Part shown: one piece after another, positions 1-8,738 of the stretch
Position numbering within the stretch: the stretch's first letter is position 1
How the letters are laid out: each line of letters starts with the position of its first letter
IMG/VR virus record: IMGVR_UViG_3300021476_000006
Span: 1 to 47,237 of that record
Strand: one strand, 5' to 3'
Source: a virus
Lineage: Duplodnaviria; Caudoviricetes
Length of the DNA: 47,237 nt
Program-made: the position numbers and the translations under genes
Notes under the pieces: model-generated
Databases searched by the model: none
What the model saw: only the letters and a program-made list of their open reading frames with translations
Told to the model about the DNA's origin: nothing

Positions 1-1
1 A

Positions 2-145
2 TTCTGTATGCATATCACCGAACAAGAACTCTACGGGACCAAGTTCCGCAGGCCCAAGTCGTATAAGGTGCCGCCAGAGATTTCGGACCCATCTTACGAT
101 AAAATTGCGGCTCTCGTCCAGGAGGCGGAGAAACATGGGGTATAA
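2..145 (+). CDS. 3' end of a gene truncated by the window edge, possibly a Sak4-like/AAA_24 ATPase
   Basis: Open frame from the edge ending ...PPEISDPSYDKIAALVQEAEKHGV*. The DPSYDKI tail and the position upstream of an SSB-like gene resemble phage Sak4-type ATPases. Confidence 0.35.
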   Translation, partial: FCMHITEQELYGTKFRRPKSYKVPPEISDPSYDKIAALVQEAEKHGV

Positions 146-413
146 TACTAAAGCCAAAGTCCTATGGTCAGAAGATGATTGCACCAGGAACACTGAAGGG
201 CATGTTGGAATTCATCAAAAGTGGAAGGAACTATTTGGTCAGTCCTACCACCCCAGCCGAGCAACTAGGGTACTGGACCACGGAGATTGTATCGAACGAC
301 AATTTGGCCCAATAAGTGTATGGAGCATCTTCGGGTCATATGATGAGATCCACGATAACTCTCCAGACGGTAACGGCGTACCAGTAGAGAGACAGTTAGG
401 AGCAGTACAATGA
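135..413 (+). CDS. hypothetical protein
   Basis: ATG at 135 with GGAG upstream; ATGA overlap with the next ORF. Confidence 0.5.
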   Translation: MGYNTKAKVLWSEDDCTRNTEGHVGIHQKWKELFGQSYHPSRATRVLDHGDCIERQFGPISVWSIFGSYDEIHDNSPDGNGVPVERQLGAVQ

Positions 414-601
414 AAGTCCGTTGGACAATAGAAGTGGAAGGGTCTAATAATGAGATAATAAAGGAGATAAGGAGGATGGAAGAGTATAAGACATGGATAT
501 CCCATTTTGGCTGGAAATGCAGACTCGTTAATTACGAGATAGTAAGCGAGGAAGTTGCTGACGATAGTAAGTCATGGAGAGATAAAGAACCATTGATTTG
601 A
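410..601 (+). CDS. hypothetical protein
   Basis: AGGAG Shine-Dalgarno (SD), coupled to the previous ORF. Confidence 0.5.
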   Translation: MKVRWTIEVEGSNNEIIKEIRRMEEYKTWISHFGWKCRLVNYEIVSEEVADDSKSWRDKEPLI

Positions 602-670
602 TAATTTGAGGGCCGTGAAGTGGACTCTTGGAGAGGGACACTTATAATGGGTGCAAGATGCACCACCCTT

Positions 671-838
671 GGAGCCGCGAAGAGCTGGGTGTCTCCAGCC
701 CGCATAGTAACCCACTTATAAGAGAGACGTAGGTATCCGGCTTACATGCTGACCACAAAAGTCATACAGCGTCAGACCCCGGTGAAGTATCGTCACAAAT
801 CTTGCGGTAGGGTGGGGGTGCAAATCCCCCAGGCTCCA
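671..838 (+). ncRNA. tRNA-like structured RNA (acceptor stem plus T-arm enclosing about 135 nt)
   Basis: GGAGCC (671-676) pairs with GGCTCC-A (832-838). T-arm GGGGG-TGCAAAT-CCCCC at 814-830. Upstream TGGACT-16-TATAAT (621-648). Intergenic. Confidence 0.4.
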
Positions 839-882
839 TTTGGTTGCAACCTGTTTAAACTGTTTTTGAAGGAGGCTATCTC

Positions 883-1935
883 ATGCCTGGTGTAGAAACT
901 ACATCACAAGTTTTGAAATCTTTGGGCGCTCGCGCGCAGAAGGCGTGGAATTCCGCCAAGAAGGAGGAAACTGAGTACAGTAAGTTTGCGCAACTCCCTC
1001 CGATTGAGGGAGGTGTAGCCCAGTTGGTTCAGTTAAGATTTGGCGTGTTCCAGAACGGCCCACTAAAGGGGAAGAGGTTCTTTGATGGAGAGGGCGTCAT
1101 TCATACCCCGAAAGAAGTTCCAGACGAAAACGGAGTCATGGTGAAGGTACAAGGGAAACACACTCGCATTGCTCCCATACCCTTGTGTGACACGCCGGAC
1201 CGAAAAGGTCAGAAGACCACGCTTGAGCAGCATTTCGGTAGCATGTGTAACGAAATTCGAAAACTTATGGGAGTTGAGACGTTTGATGACTCTATGGAGA
1301 TAGAGGATTTAGCGGCGCTTATCAGCCAACTTAACCAAGAAAAGCCATTTTTCAAGTTCAATGTTCGTAAGGGCAGGGTATCGAAGGAATTCCCTAACCC
1401 GCGCTCATTCGAGTCCTGGGAAGGTCTTTACAACACTGCGCAGAATGGGGAAGTGACTAACTTTGATCCTGGCGCCGGCACGGAAGACGAAAGCGGTAGT
1501 ACCGACGTGGGAAGTGGTACGACTCCCGACATGAATGACCTGGCTGATTTGATCATGAAGGCGGAAGAAGGGGACGATGAGGCTATATCTGCTCTTCAGA
1601 GTCTGGCTCACAACATAGGAATCGATGATGCCACAATCACGGATATTCCAACTTGGGCAGCTCTTGGCGAGAAGATCGTTGAGATGAGCGGTAGGGAAGA
1701 GCCTGAGATGGCGGAGGATGACCGATTGACAGCACCGGATAAGGGTGATGTTTTCTACTACTTTCCCGTCGATGCCAAGACTAAGAAACCGGCGTCAAAA
1801 TTTGTTCAGATTGAGGTTGATTCTGTGGATCTCAAGGCTGCCAAGATCGCCGGGCATAATCTGACCAATCCGAAGCTAAAGTATAAGGACGTGCCGTTCG
1901 ATCAACTCTATAAGGATGAACCTAAGCTGAGGTGA
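883..1935 (+). CDS. acidic replication protein, probably single-stranded DNA-binding protein-like
   Basis: Strong AAGGAGG SD; beta-rich N-terminal domain and acidic linker; lies directly upstream of the DNA polymerase. Confidence 0.4.
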   Translation: MPGVETTSQVLKSLGARAQKAWNSAKKEETEYSKFAQLPPIEGGVAQLVQLRFGVFQNGPLKGKRFFDGEGVIHTPKEVPDENGVMVKVQGKHTRIAPIPLCDTPDRKGQKTTLEQHFGSMCNEIRKLMGVETFDDSMEIEDLAALISQLNQEKPFFKFNVRKGRVSKEFPNPRSFESWEGLYNTAQNGEVTNFDPGAGTEDESGSTDVGSGTTPDMNDLADLIMKAEEGDDEAISALQSLAHNIGIDDATITDIPTWAALGEKIVEMSGREEPEMAEDDRLTAPDKGDVFYYFPVDAKTKKPASKFVQIEVDSVDLKAAKIAGHNLTNPKLKYKDVPFDQLYKDEPKLR

Positions 1936-2020
1936 GTTCCGGTAAGGTAGGGCAAGGTTAGGCACAGTAATACGGAGGATAGGGGAAACCTGACTCCCTT
2001 ATTTTAGTTAATGGCAAGGG

Positions 2021-4129
2021 GTGGAGGCACGTATAATGGTAATGGCCTTGGATAGTGAAAGCACAGGTTTGGATATTTCACATGGATGTAGGCCGTTTTT
2101 CCTCACAACCTGTCGCCATGACCACCGGCAGATTCACTGGGAATGGAATGTAGATCCCTTAACTAGGATGCCTATCATACCTACCGATGATATAGAGGAG
2201 ATTTCAGAGTATCTAAATCGGGAATACGATTGGACGGTCAAGATTCAAGAGGACTTTGCTTTCGTCTTCCAGAATGCTAAGTACGATGTTGCGGCTATAA
2301 AATCTATTGGTGTGAGATGGAATAAGGAGTACTGGAAGAAGACCGCTGATATCTTGATGGGTGCCCATCTACTAGCTTCTAACCGCCCGAAGGACCTCAC
2401 CTCTCAAGCGATGACCTATTTAGGAAAGAACATAAAGCCTTATGAGGAGAAGCTGAAAGCATGTGTTAACCACGCCCGCCGGATTTGCCGCCTGAAAGCT
2501 AATAAAGAGTTACTAGGTAGCTGGCGCATCGCTGAGAAAGGCGATAATATGTTGCCTAGTACTACCAGCAGCATGGGCCTGTGTGATTACTGGCTTCCCC
2601 GAGCAGTATGGCAAGTCCTGGGTGATAAGGCACCTACAGAATTTGAGACGGTGCTAAGGGACTACTCAAATGTGGACTCGGCTGTAACAGTAGGTATATG
2701 GTCACAACAACAAGCTGAGATCAAACGTCGTGGACTATGGGAGATATTCATAGAGAGGATGAAGTTAGTACCTATTGCTCATGAGATGGAGCAACACGGA
2801 GTGACTATTAGCCAGGAAAGGTTGTATGAGCTGGAAGAGGATTTCTCCAGGTCCAGCAAAGAGTTTGGTGAAATATGTTTGGGTGTAGCCACCAAGTATG
2901 GCTATGAGCTTAATATGCCGAAGGGTGCAAGCCCAAACAACTCACTACGCAGATTCTGTTTCGATGTTCTAAAACTTCCACCGCGATACGCCAAGAAATC
3001 TAAGACTTTCAATCCTACTCTGGCAAAGGAGGTACTGACTGAGTATACAGAGATACTTCCTCAAAATAGTGACGGGCACAAGTTCATAACTAGTCTGATG
3101 GCTAAACGACATAGAGATACATCCCTATCCTATATGGCGGGTTATCGTCGATATTGGACGCCTTATCCTATAGAGCCTGACAACTACTTTGATAGAGCTA
3201 AATACCTAAACTGGAGAGTGTTACACTCTAGTATCAATCCAACTGGTTCTGATACTCTCCGCTGGTCAAGCTCAAATCCTAATAGCCAAAACATATCTAA
3301 ACTAGAGGAGTTTAGTCTTAGATATGCTTTCGGTCCGGCTCCGGGGCGAGAATGGTGGTCAATGGACTACGAGAATATAGAGCTGCGCATCCCGGCATAT
3401 GAGTCTGGAGAAGAGGAGATGATTTTCCTTTTCGAGCATCCTGAAGACCCTCCCTACTTTGGTTCAAAACACTTACTAGTGTTCTCTATACTTCACCCAG
3501 AGGATTGGGAGAAGTATGGAGTGAAGGTGAAAGAGGTGTACGCCAGCACTAAGTATCAATGGACCAAGAATGGTAACTTCGCTCTGCAGTATGGGGCTAT
3601 AGAATCGTCAGGGACCGCTGATAGGGCTTACCATGTTGTTGGCGCGCAGAAGATAATTGCCAGCCGATTCAAGGCACAGGAGAAACTTAACCAGTACTAC
3701 ATAGAGTACGCCCGCAAGCATGGGTATGTAGAAACCTTACCTGACAAGTCCGTTAATCCTCACCACGGCTACCCCATCCTATGTTCCAGAATGGACAATG
3801 GGGAGATACTCCCTACAGTACCTTTTAATTACCATATACAGTCCACAGCTATGTGGTGTACGAGCAAGGCAATGGTTCGCTGTCAGAGGCAGTTAGATGA
3901 CTGGAATGAGATTGATCCGGAACGACAGTACTTCATGATGCTCCAAATCCACGATGAGATCGTGTTTGATTTCCCTTATGTACCTAACCAGGGAAACAAA
4001 CCAAAGGCGATGAAGCTGAAGTATCTCACGGAGGTGTCGGGAATTGATATTGGAATTCCGCTCCGGGTATCGCTAAAGTATGTTCCTGATGGAGGTTCGT
4101 GGTCTCTAAGAAAGAAGAGAGTAGCGTGA
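2021..4129 (+). CDS. polA: DNA polymerase family A with 3'-5' exonuclease domain
   Basis: ExoI ALDSESTG, ExoII FQNAKYD, TLRWSSSNPNSQN, motif A DYENIELR, motif B KNGNFALQYG, motif C QIHDEIVF. True start probably ATG 2036. Confidence 0.93.
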   Translation: MEARIMVMALDSESTGLDISHGCRPFFLTTCRHDHRQIHWEWNVDPLTRMPIIPTDDIEEISEYLNREYDWTVKIQEDFAFVFQNAKYDVAAIKSIGVRWNKEYWKKTADILMGAHLLASNRPKDLTSQAMTYLGKNIKPYEEKLKACVNHARRICRLKANKELLGSWRIAEKGDNMLPSTTSSMGLCDYWLPRAVWQVLGDKAPTEFETVLRDYSNVDSAVTVGIWSQQQAEIKRRGLWEIFIERMKLVPIAHEMEQHGVTISQERLYELEEDFSRSSKEFGEICLGVATKYGYELNMPKGASPNNSLRRFCFDVLKLPPRYAKKSKTFNPTLAKEVLTEYTEILPQNSDGHKFITSLMAKRHRDTSLSYMAGYRRYWTPYPIEPDNYFDRAKYLNWRVLHSSINPTGSDTLRWSSSNPNSQNISKLEEFSLRYAFGPAPGREWWSMDYENIELRIPAYESGEEEMIFLFEHPEDPPYFGSKHLLVFSILHPEDWEKYGVKVKEVYASTKYQWTKNGNFALQYGAIESSGTADRAYHVVGAQKIIASRFKAQEKLNQYYIEYARKHGYVETLPDKSVNPHHGYPILCSRMDNGEILPTVPFNYHIQSTAMWCTSKAMVRCQRQLDDWNEIDPERQYFMMLQIHDEIVFDFPYVPNQGNKPKAMKLKYLTEVSGIDIGIPLRVSLKYVPDGGSWSLRKKRVA

Positions 4130-4145
4130 ATGATAAGGAGTACCC

Positions 4146-5000
4146 ATGTTAGATAAGATCAGGAGTTGGTCCGCAGAAGGAAGGCTCCTCTACTGGATAA
4201 GAGAGAGAGAATCTATTCGCCGGAAGAGAGCAAATGGGGGCTCCCCTCCATATACTGATGACCCAATTCTCCAGCAATACCGATTCTGTAATGTCCGTCG
4301 CATGGACGATAAGGTATCACAATGGTTGTACAATAATTGGTACAAGCCAAACTATAACCACGAGAACATGCTGCTAGCCTGTGTCCTGGCACGGTTTATC
4401 AACGAGCCTTCTACCCTGGAAGTCATCGGATTTCCCACAGTGTGGACTCCAAATATCATAAAGAAGAAGATGTGGGACATGAGGCGTGCTGGTCAGAGAA
4501 TCTTCAATCCCGCTTACATAATTCCAGCCGGGCACATTAAAGGAGAGGGAAAGATTGATACGGTCATAGATCGTGTGTGCGATCCTATTTACCGCAATCC
4601 TCCTCCTAGAGTCACCGGGGATACTATGAAAGGTGCAGTGGAATCCCTGAAGGGCTGTTATGGGCTTAGCAGTTTCATGGCAGGGCAGGTAGTCGCTGAT
4701 CTTAGATGGGCGATGAGTGGGGCCTGGTCTGATCGTAACTGGTGGGCGCCAATAGGGCCGGGGAGCAAAAAAGGAATGAATATTCTGCATGGCAGATCGT
4801 TGGAATATCGTATGGGACAAGCACAATTCACTGAAGAGCTAGTCGCGGTAATTACTCTATGCAAAGAAAGACTCCCCTCCTCTATTACTGCTAGGTTAGA
4901 GGCGATGGATTACCAGAATTGTTTGTGTGAGCTGAGTAAATATGATAAAACTCTATGGGGAAGAGGAATACCTAAACAACGATACCCAGGTGGATCATGA
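4146..5000 (+). CDS. 5-hmdU DNA kinase-like protein (aGPT-Pplase1 family)
   Basis: YWIRERESIR...PPYTDDPILQQYRFCNVRRMDD, F-M-A-G-Q-V-V-A-D-L, GPGSKKG and QNCLCELSKY motifs typical of the family; context next to a TS-like hydroxymethylase. Confidence 0.85.
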   Translation: MLDKIRSWSAEGRLLYWIRERESIRRKRANGGSPPYTDDPILQQYRFCNVRRMDDKVSQWLYNNWYKPNYNHENMLLACVLARFINEPSTLEVIGFPTVWTPNIIKKKMWDMRRAGQRIFNPAYIIPAGHIKGEGKIDTVIDRVCDPIYRNPPPRVTGDTMKGAVESLKGCYGLSSFMAGQVVADLRWAMSGAWSDRNWWAPIGPGSKKGMNILHGRSLEYRMGQAQFTEELVAVITLCKERLPSSITARLEAMDYQNCLCELSKYDKTLWGRGIPKQRYPGGS

Positions 5001-5179
5001 CAATCTCGGCTACTATCCGTAGGTGCACCCCAACAGTGGAGTTTGACGGACGCGCCTACGTAGAAGACCGAAGCTGGAAAACATGGTGTATCCCTAAATA
5101 TTATACCTATTTCCACAACTATGGGTTTAGGCTGAGATGGCTGGGCGTGTTTTTCTCCATACGAGTCGGGAGTGAATGA
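4997..5179 (+). CDS. hypothetical protein
   Basis: ATGA overlaps on both sides. Confidence 0.45.
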   Translation: MTISATIRRCTPTVEFDGRAYVEDRSWKTWCIPKYYTYFHNYGFRLRWLGVFFSIRVGSE

Positions 5180-5721
5180 TGATAATTTCCCTGAGAGGAA
5201 CGTCCGGCGCTGGAAAGACCTGGTTAGTACATGAGCTTGCTCGGAAGTTCAAAGGAGTAGAGGGAGAGTATAAGGGCTCTAAATGGTGGCGCATGAAACA
5301 CCGCTACGGGAAGCTGTACTGCCGGTATGAGCAAGGCACCATTACTGTGGCTAAACTGTGGGAGGAAGTATGCCACTTCGGAATATCCGGAGATGTTATT
5401 TATGAATCTGCTTTTCTCCGGGCATCTAATGGCTACATAGAGAAGAGCAGTATGAGCCTGGGATATAGTATGGTCTTTGCTTTTCTTAATACTCCGGTTG
5501 AGGCGTGCATAGAACGTGTGATATACCGTCGGGCACTTACCGGACGAAAACATGGTGAGATAAAGCCAGAGAATATCACGAGAGGAGATAGAGAAGTACG
5601 TAGCGCTATAGATACACTCCGCAAGGCTGGGCGTAAGGTAGTGGTAGTGAGCTGGGAGAATCCGCTAGAGTCGATGTTGGGTATACTACATTCACCTTAT
5701 CTCAGGACCAAGCCATGCTAA
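5176..5721 (+). CDS. P-loop nucleotide kinase of the base-modification cluster
   Basis: IISLRGTSGAGKT Walker A, VIYE, FLNTPVEACIERVIYRR lid motif. Confidence 0.8.
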   Translation: MMIISLRGTSGAGKTWLVHELARKFKGVEGEYKGSKWWRMKHRYGKLYCRYEQGTITVAKLWEEVCHFGISGDVIYESAFLRASNGYIEKSSMSLGYSMVFAFLNTPVEACIERVIYRRALTGRKHGEIKPENITRGDREVRSAIDTLRKAGRKVVVVSWENPLESMLGILHSPYLRTKPC

Positions 5722-6267
5722 GACAAGGCACTCTAGAAATCATAGATAAACGATGGAAGAAAATCCCAGAGTTCCCTAACTACCTAGTTAGAGATGATGG
5801 TATGGTTGTCACAACCTATAAAAGGAGTCGGGCCGTAAACCAAGTATTAAAAAACTTGGGAGGATAAGGACGGGTATCTTAGGGTGGGGCTATGGGATGC
5901 TAGTCTGAAAAAGCAGGTATTCCGCCATATCCATTATCTAGTGCTTACGGCTTTTGTGGGGCTAAGACCTGAAGGTATGGAAGTCTGTCACTGTAATGGG
6001 AACAACCGAGATAACAGAGTTTCCAATCTTCGCTGGGATACTCCAAAAGGTAATCACTCTGACGCAGTTAGAGCCGGTACGCATACAGGATTCACGAAAC
6101 ACGGAGAAAATAATAACTTCGCAAAACTTACGAACTCAGAGGTGCTTAGCTTAAGACGGTTATACCATATAAGGAAATACAGTCTTGCAGAGTTAGGTCT
6201 TATGTTTAGCACGAGCCCAAGTAATGTAAGTGATATTGTGAATAGGAAAACATGGACAAAATTGTAA
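5715..6267 (+). pseudogene. NUMOD4-HNH homing endonuclease, frameshifted
   Basis: ATG 5715 gives WKKIPEFPNYLVRDDG (NUMOD4). An A6 run at 5849-5854 shifts the frame before WEDKDGYLRVGL...HYLVLTAFVG...VCHCNGNNRDNRVSNLRW (HNH) and a C-terminal HTH. Confidence 0.8.
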
Positions 6268-6282
6268 CGACGAAGTTGGATT

Positions 6283-7098
6283 GTGTTGAGTTTGGTAGAA
6301 AACTTCTTCTCTCAGGGGATCTTTGATCCAGAGTACATAATTCTCTGGGACTGCCAGTTTAAGAAGGACTTTCTCCAACGATGGTTATTGGCATACTGGT
6401 GTTTCTCGCATGCGGGAATAGCCTCCTGGATAGCCGAGACAGACCTAGATTCTAACTACTTTAGGCGTATGCTGGAAGCAGCTAAGAACTCCAAGATTTT
6501 CCCCAGGGGTGTAGCCCGTCGTTACTTCGTCGGTAAATATGCCGTTAGAGCAATTGAAATGCTCTCGGATAAAGGTGTCAAAGGTAGCATAGGCAAACTG
6601 TGCAATCACTACTTTTGGTATCTACCTGATTTTATGGATGAGGTATGTAGTTGGTATAAGTTTGGTCCGTGGGCGGCTTTCAAGGCAGCGGACATGTTGG
6701 AACGGCTGGACTTGATCGGATTAAATAGTGATGGTTGTGCCAGATACATGCTAGATGCGCCCAAGCAAGGTGCTCAAGATTTGTGGAATCACAAATACCC
6801 GGACCTATCATTCTCCGAGAGCCAATTCGCAAAGAAGGATGTAGAAGGCTGGGCAGTGGATTGGCTGCTCGTTGGGCCGCTAGGAAGTTACAAGGCTCCT
6901 CCACGATATGAAAGGTGTCTCAATCTTCAGGAAGCCGAGACTATACTGTGTAAATACCATGCCCACATAAGGACAAAGAGAACCTATAACGTTGGTGACG
7001 ATATCAGGGCTCTCAGGAAAGAGCTAGGTTGGAGATGGACTGAAACAGCCAGCAAGCTAGTTACTGCTGGTAAGAAAAGGGAGTTATGGAATGGATGA
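6283..7098 (+). CDS. amino acid:DNA transferase-like protein (aGPT-Pplase2 family)
   Basis: DPEY...RWLLAYWCF, PRGVARRYF, FGPWAAFKAADMLER, APPRYER.LNLQEAETILCKY, Y.VG.DI motifs. Confidence 0.82.
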   Translation: MLSLVENFFSQGIFDPEYIILWDCQFKKDFLQRWLLAYWCFSHAGIASWIAETDLDSNYFRRMLEAAKNSKIFPRGVARRYFVGKYAVRAIEMLSDKGVKGSIGKLCNHYFWYLPDFMDEVCSWYKFGPWAAFKAADMLERLDLIGLNSDGCARYMLDAPKQGAQDLWNHKYPDLSFSESQFAKKDVEGWAVDWLLVGPLGSYKAPPRYERCLNLQEAETILCKYHAHIRTKRTYNVGDDIRALRKELGWRWTETASKLVTAGKKRELWNG

Positions 7099-7435
7099 AA
7101 TGTATGACGAGCAGCTAGTTAAGGTTAGAGTAAGTGGGATTCGGGTATGGTTTGAAGACCTTCCTGGTCCCCCTATGCAACGGCGCATGAGTGATAAGTT
7201 CCTGCTGGACTTCCTGGACTCCATGTTACCGGAGGGGTATTTATGGGAGATGAAGGAAGAGATTATAGGACTGGAATGCCAGAAAACTAATCGCTACCGT
7301 CTGGTTATGGTCCAGTCTCCTGGATCAGCAGGAGCCTGCAATACAGTTAGAGAAGCGCTGTGCGTGGCGGTGGTGGCAAAGGAGTTTATGGAAAAAATAA
7401 TCCCCCCTGACCTGGACGGGTCAGAGGGTACTTGA
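7091..7435 (+). CDS. hypothetical protein
   Basis: GGGAG SD; overlaps the previous stop. Confidence 0.5.
   Translation: MDEMYDEQLVKVRVSGIRVWFEDLPGPPMQRRMSDKFLLDFLDSMLPEGYLWEMKEEIIGLECQKTNRYRLVMVQSPGSAGACNTVREALCVAVVAKEFMEKIIPPDLDGSEGT
7392..7428 (-). terminator. intrinsic terminator for the minus-strand gene
   Basis: Minus strand CCCTCTGACC-loop-GGTCAGGGGG followed by ATTATTTTTT, immediately after the stop at 7437. Confidence 0.6.
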
Positions 7436-7436
7436 A

Positions 7437-7955
7437 TCACTTAGCAGCGACTTTGTTCTTCCGTCCTCGTGGTCGCCCTGAGTTCTCCAGGAGACCGTCT
7501 TTCCATCGGACTTCTGCGTTCCCTAGGAGGGACGGTGCCTTCTCGCTGTCAATGGTCCCATTCTCTATTGCACGCCGACCACGCGGGGTGAGAGAATAGA
7601 CCATGCCACGAACGCCAGGAACTTCGGTCCTTTTGATCCGAGGCTTTTCGGATAGACCCTCGTCTCGGAAAACGTTTTGCGTGTCACGAATGTGCAGTTT
7701 CATCATGACTTCCTTGCGACTGAAACCGAACTCGGCTTTCTCTAAAATCTTGAAGATCCGTTCTCGGACTGAAGGCCCCTTCTTCTTGGAGGGTTCGCCA
7801 AGCTCCGCTAAGGATTTCTCCGCCCTTTTAGCCGCCTTCTTGGCAACTTTCAAGGTCTTCTTGAGCTTGGCGTCAATCCGTTCCTTCTCGGATGCCTCCA
7901 CCAGGGATTTGTCAATACCTTCACTAGCGATTTCTCGGGATTCCACGAGAGTCAT
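7437..7955 (-). CDS. basic DNA-binding protein, winged-helix-like
   Basis: Lys/Ala-rich segment, then SVRERIFKIL...FSRKEV...VYSLTPRGRRA (wHTH-like) and an AT-hook-like GRPRGRK tail; AAGGGG SD. Confidence 0.65.
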   Translation of the reverse strand: MTLVESREIASEGIDKSLVEASEKERIDAKLKKTLKVAKKAAKRAEKSLAELGEPSKKKGPSVRERIFKILEKAEFGFSRKEVMMKLHIRDTQNVFRDEGLSEKPRIKRTEVPGVRGMVYSLTPRGRRAIENGTIDSEKAPSLLGNAEVRWKDGLLENSGRPRGRKNKVAAK

Positions 7956-7999
7956 CGATTACCCCTTTCAAGGATTATTTTCTCAGTTACCACAAACAA

Positions 8000-8027
8000 A
8001 TGATACGCCCAAAACTTCTGGAGTCAA
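8000..8027 (-). promoter_or_regulatory. sigma70-like promoter for the 7437-7955 gene
   Basis: Minus strand TTGACT (8027-8022), 16 nt, TATCAT (8005-8000). Confidence 0.6.
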
Positions 8028-8045
8028 CCCCAGTTTGGAGAAAAA

Positions 8046-8738
8046 ATGAACCAGCCGCATGAGCCTACCGATGATCAATGCAACTCTCACGTCCAAGTCT
8101 ACGAAGATGAGGAAAAGTTAGGCTACGCCATTTGGTATCCCCAGATGGGCGGGCACGTCGGTAAAGCCGTTGCGGTCCTGGACAGAGAATGGACAGAGTA
8201 CTCGCATGGTAGTCGTCAAGGAGGCTGCATCGACGTTTACGTCTGGCATAACGGAGAATTCCCCTTCAGGGGGAACGAAACCAGCGCCAAACCGGCGATA
8301 ATCCATCATTGCGACCCTGAGCAGTTTATCTTATTCGGCCAGAAACTACACAAACTCAATACACTACATCGATATATGGGAGGATTGACAAGTACCGATC
8401 CAGAACCGAAGAAAGAGGTCAGGGACGAATTCTACGAGATCCTAGATCAGATGAAGGAAGTCCATGCGAAGAAGGCAGCAGATTATGGTAGCCGGAAGAG
8501 GCAAGATCCCCTAATTAACTTCCGCGCCGGGGTGCCCTATGGAGTGCCAGCTTGGCTCTATGCTCTCATAAGGGTACACGAGAAGCTTGTCCGAGTTCAG
8601 AGTTTTGTCGAAAACGGTGAGTTGGTCAATGAGGGTATGGATGAAACTTTGATCGACTGCGCCAATCTGATAATACTGTCTTTACAGCTCTACCATCAAC
8701 AGATTGCACAGGAACTACCGCCATGCACTTCTCAGTAA
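8046..8738 (+). CDS. unknown N-terminal domain fused to Nmad1/DUF1599 (MazG-like helical) domain
   Basis: C-terminal HAKKAADYG...DPLINFR...KLVRV...NEGMDETLIDCAN motif. Confidence 0.65.
   Translation: MNQPHEPTDDQCNSHVQVYEDEEKLGYAIWYPQMGGHVGKAVAVLDREWTEYSHGSRQGGCIDVYVWHNGEFPFRGNETSAKPAIIHHCDPEQFILFGQKLHKLNTLHRYMGGLTSTDPEPKKEVRDEFYEILDQMKEVHAKKAADYGSRKRQDPLINFRAGVPYGVPAWLYALIRVHEKLVRVQSFVENGELVNEGMDETLIDCANLIILSLQLYHQQIAQELPPCTSQ

Noticed and set aside
609-838. Possible tmRNA
   Set aside because: No canonical GGGG...GATTCGAC 5' end, short length and no Ala-ending tag frame; kept only as tRNA-like.
1941-1970. Imperfect 10-bp repeats GGTAAGGTAG/GGCAAGGTTA/GGCACAGTAA
   Set aside because: Too short and degenerate to call an array or iteron.
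5849-5854. Programmed ribosomal frameshift at TTAAAAAAC
   Set aside because: Restoring the gene needs a +1 shift, not the -1 shift such slippery sites promote; a single-base insertion is more likely.
7603-8049. 148-aa plus-strand ORF
   Set aside because: Shadow of the minus-strand gene, which has the promoter, SD and terminator.
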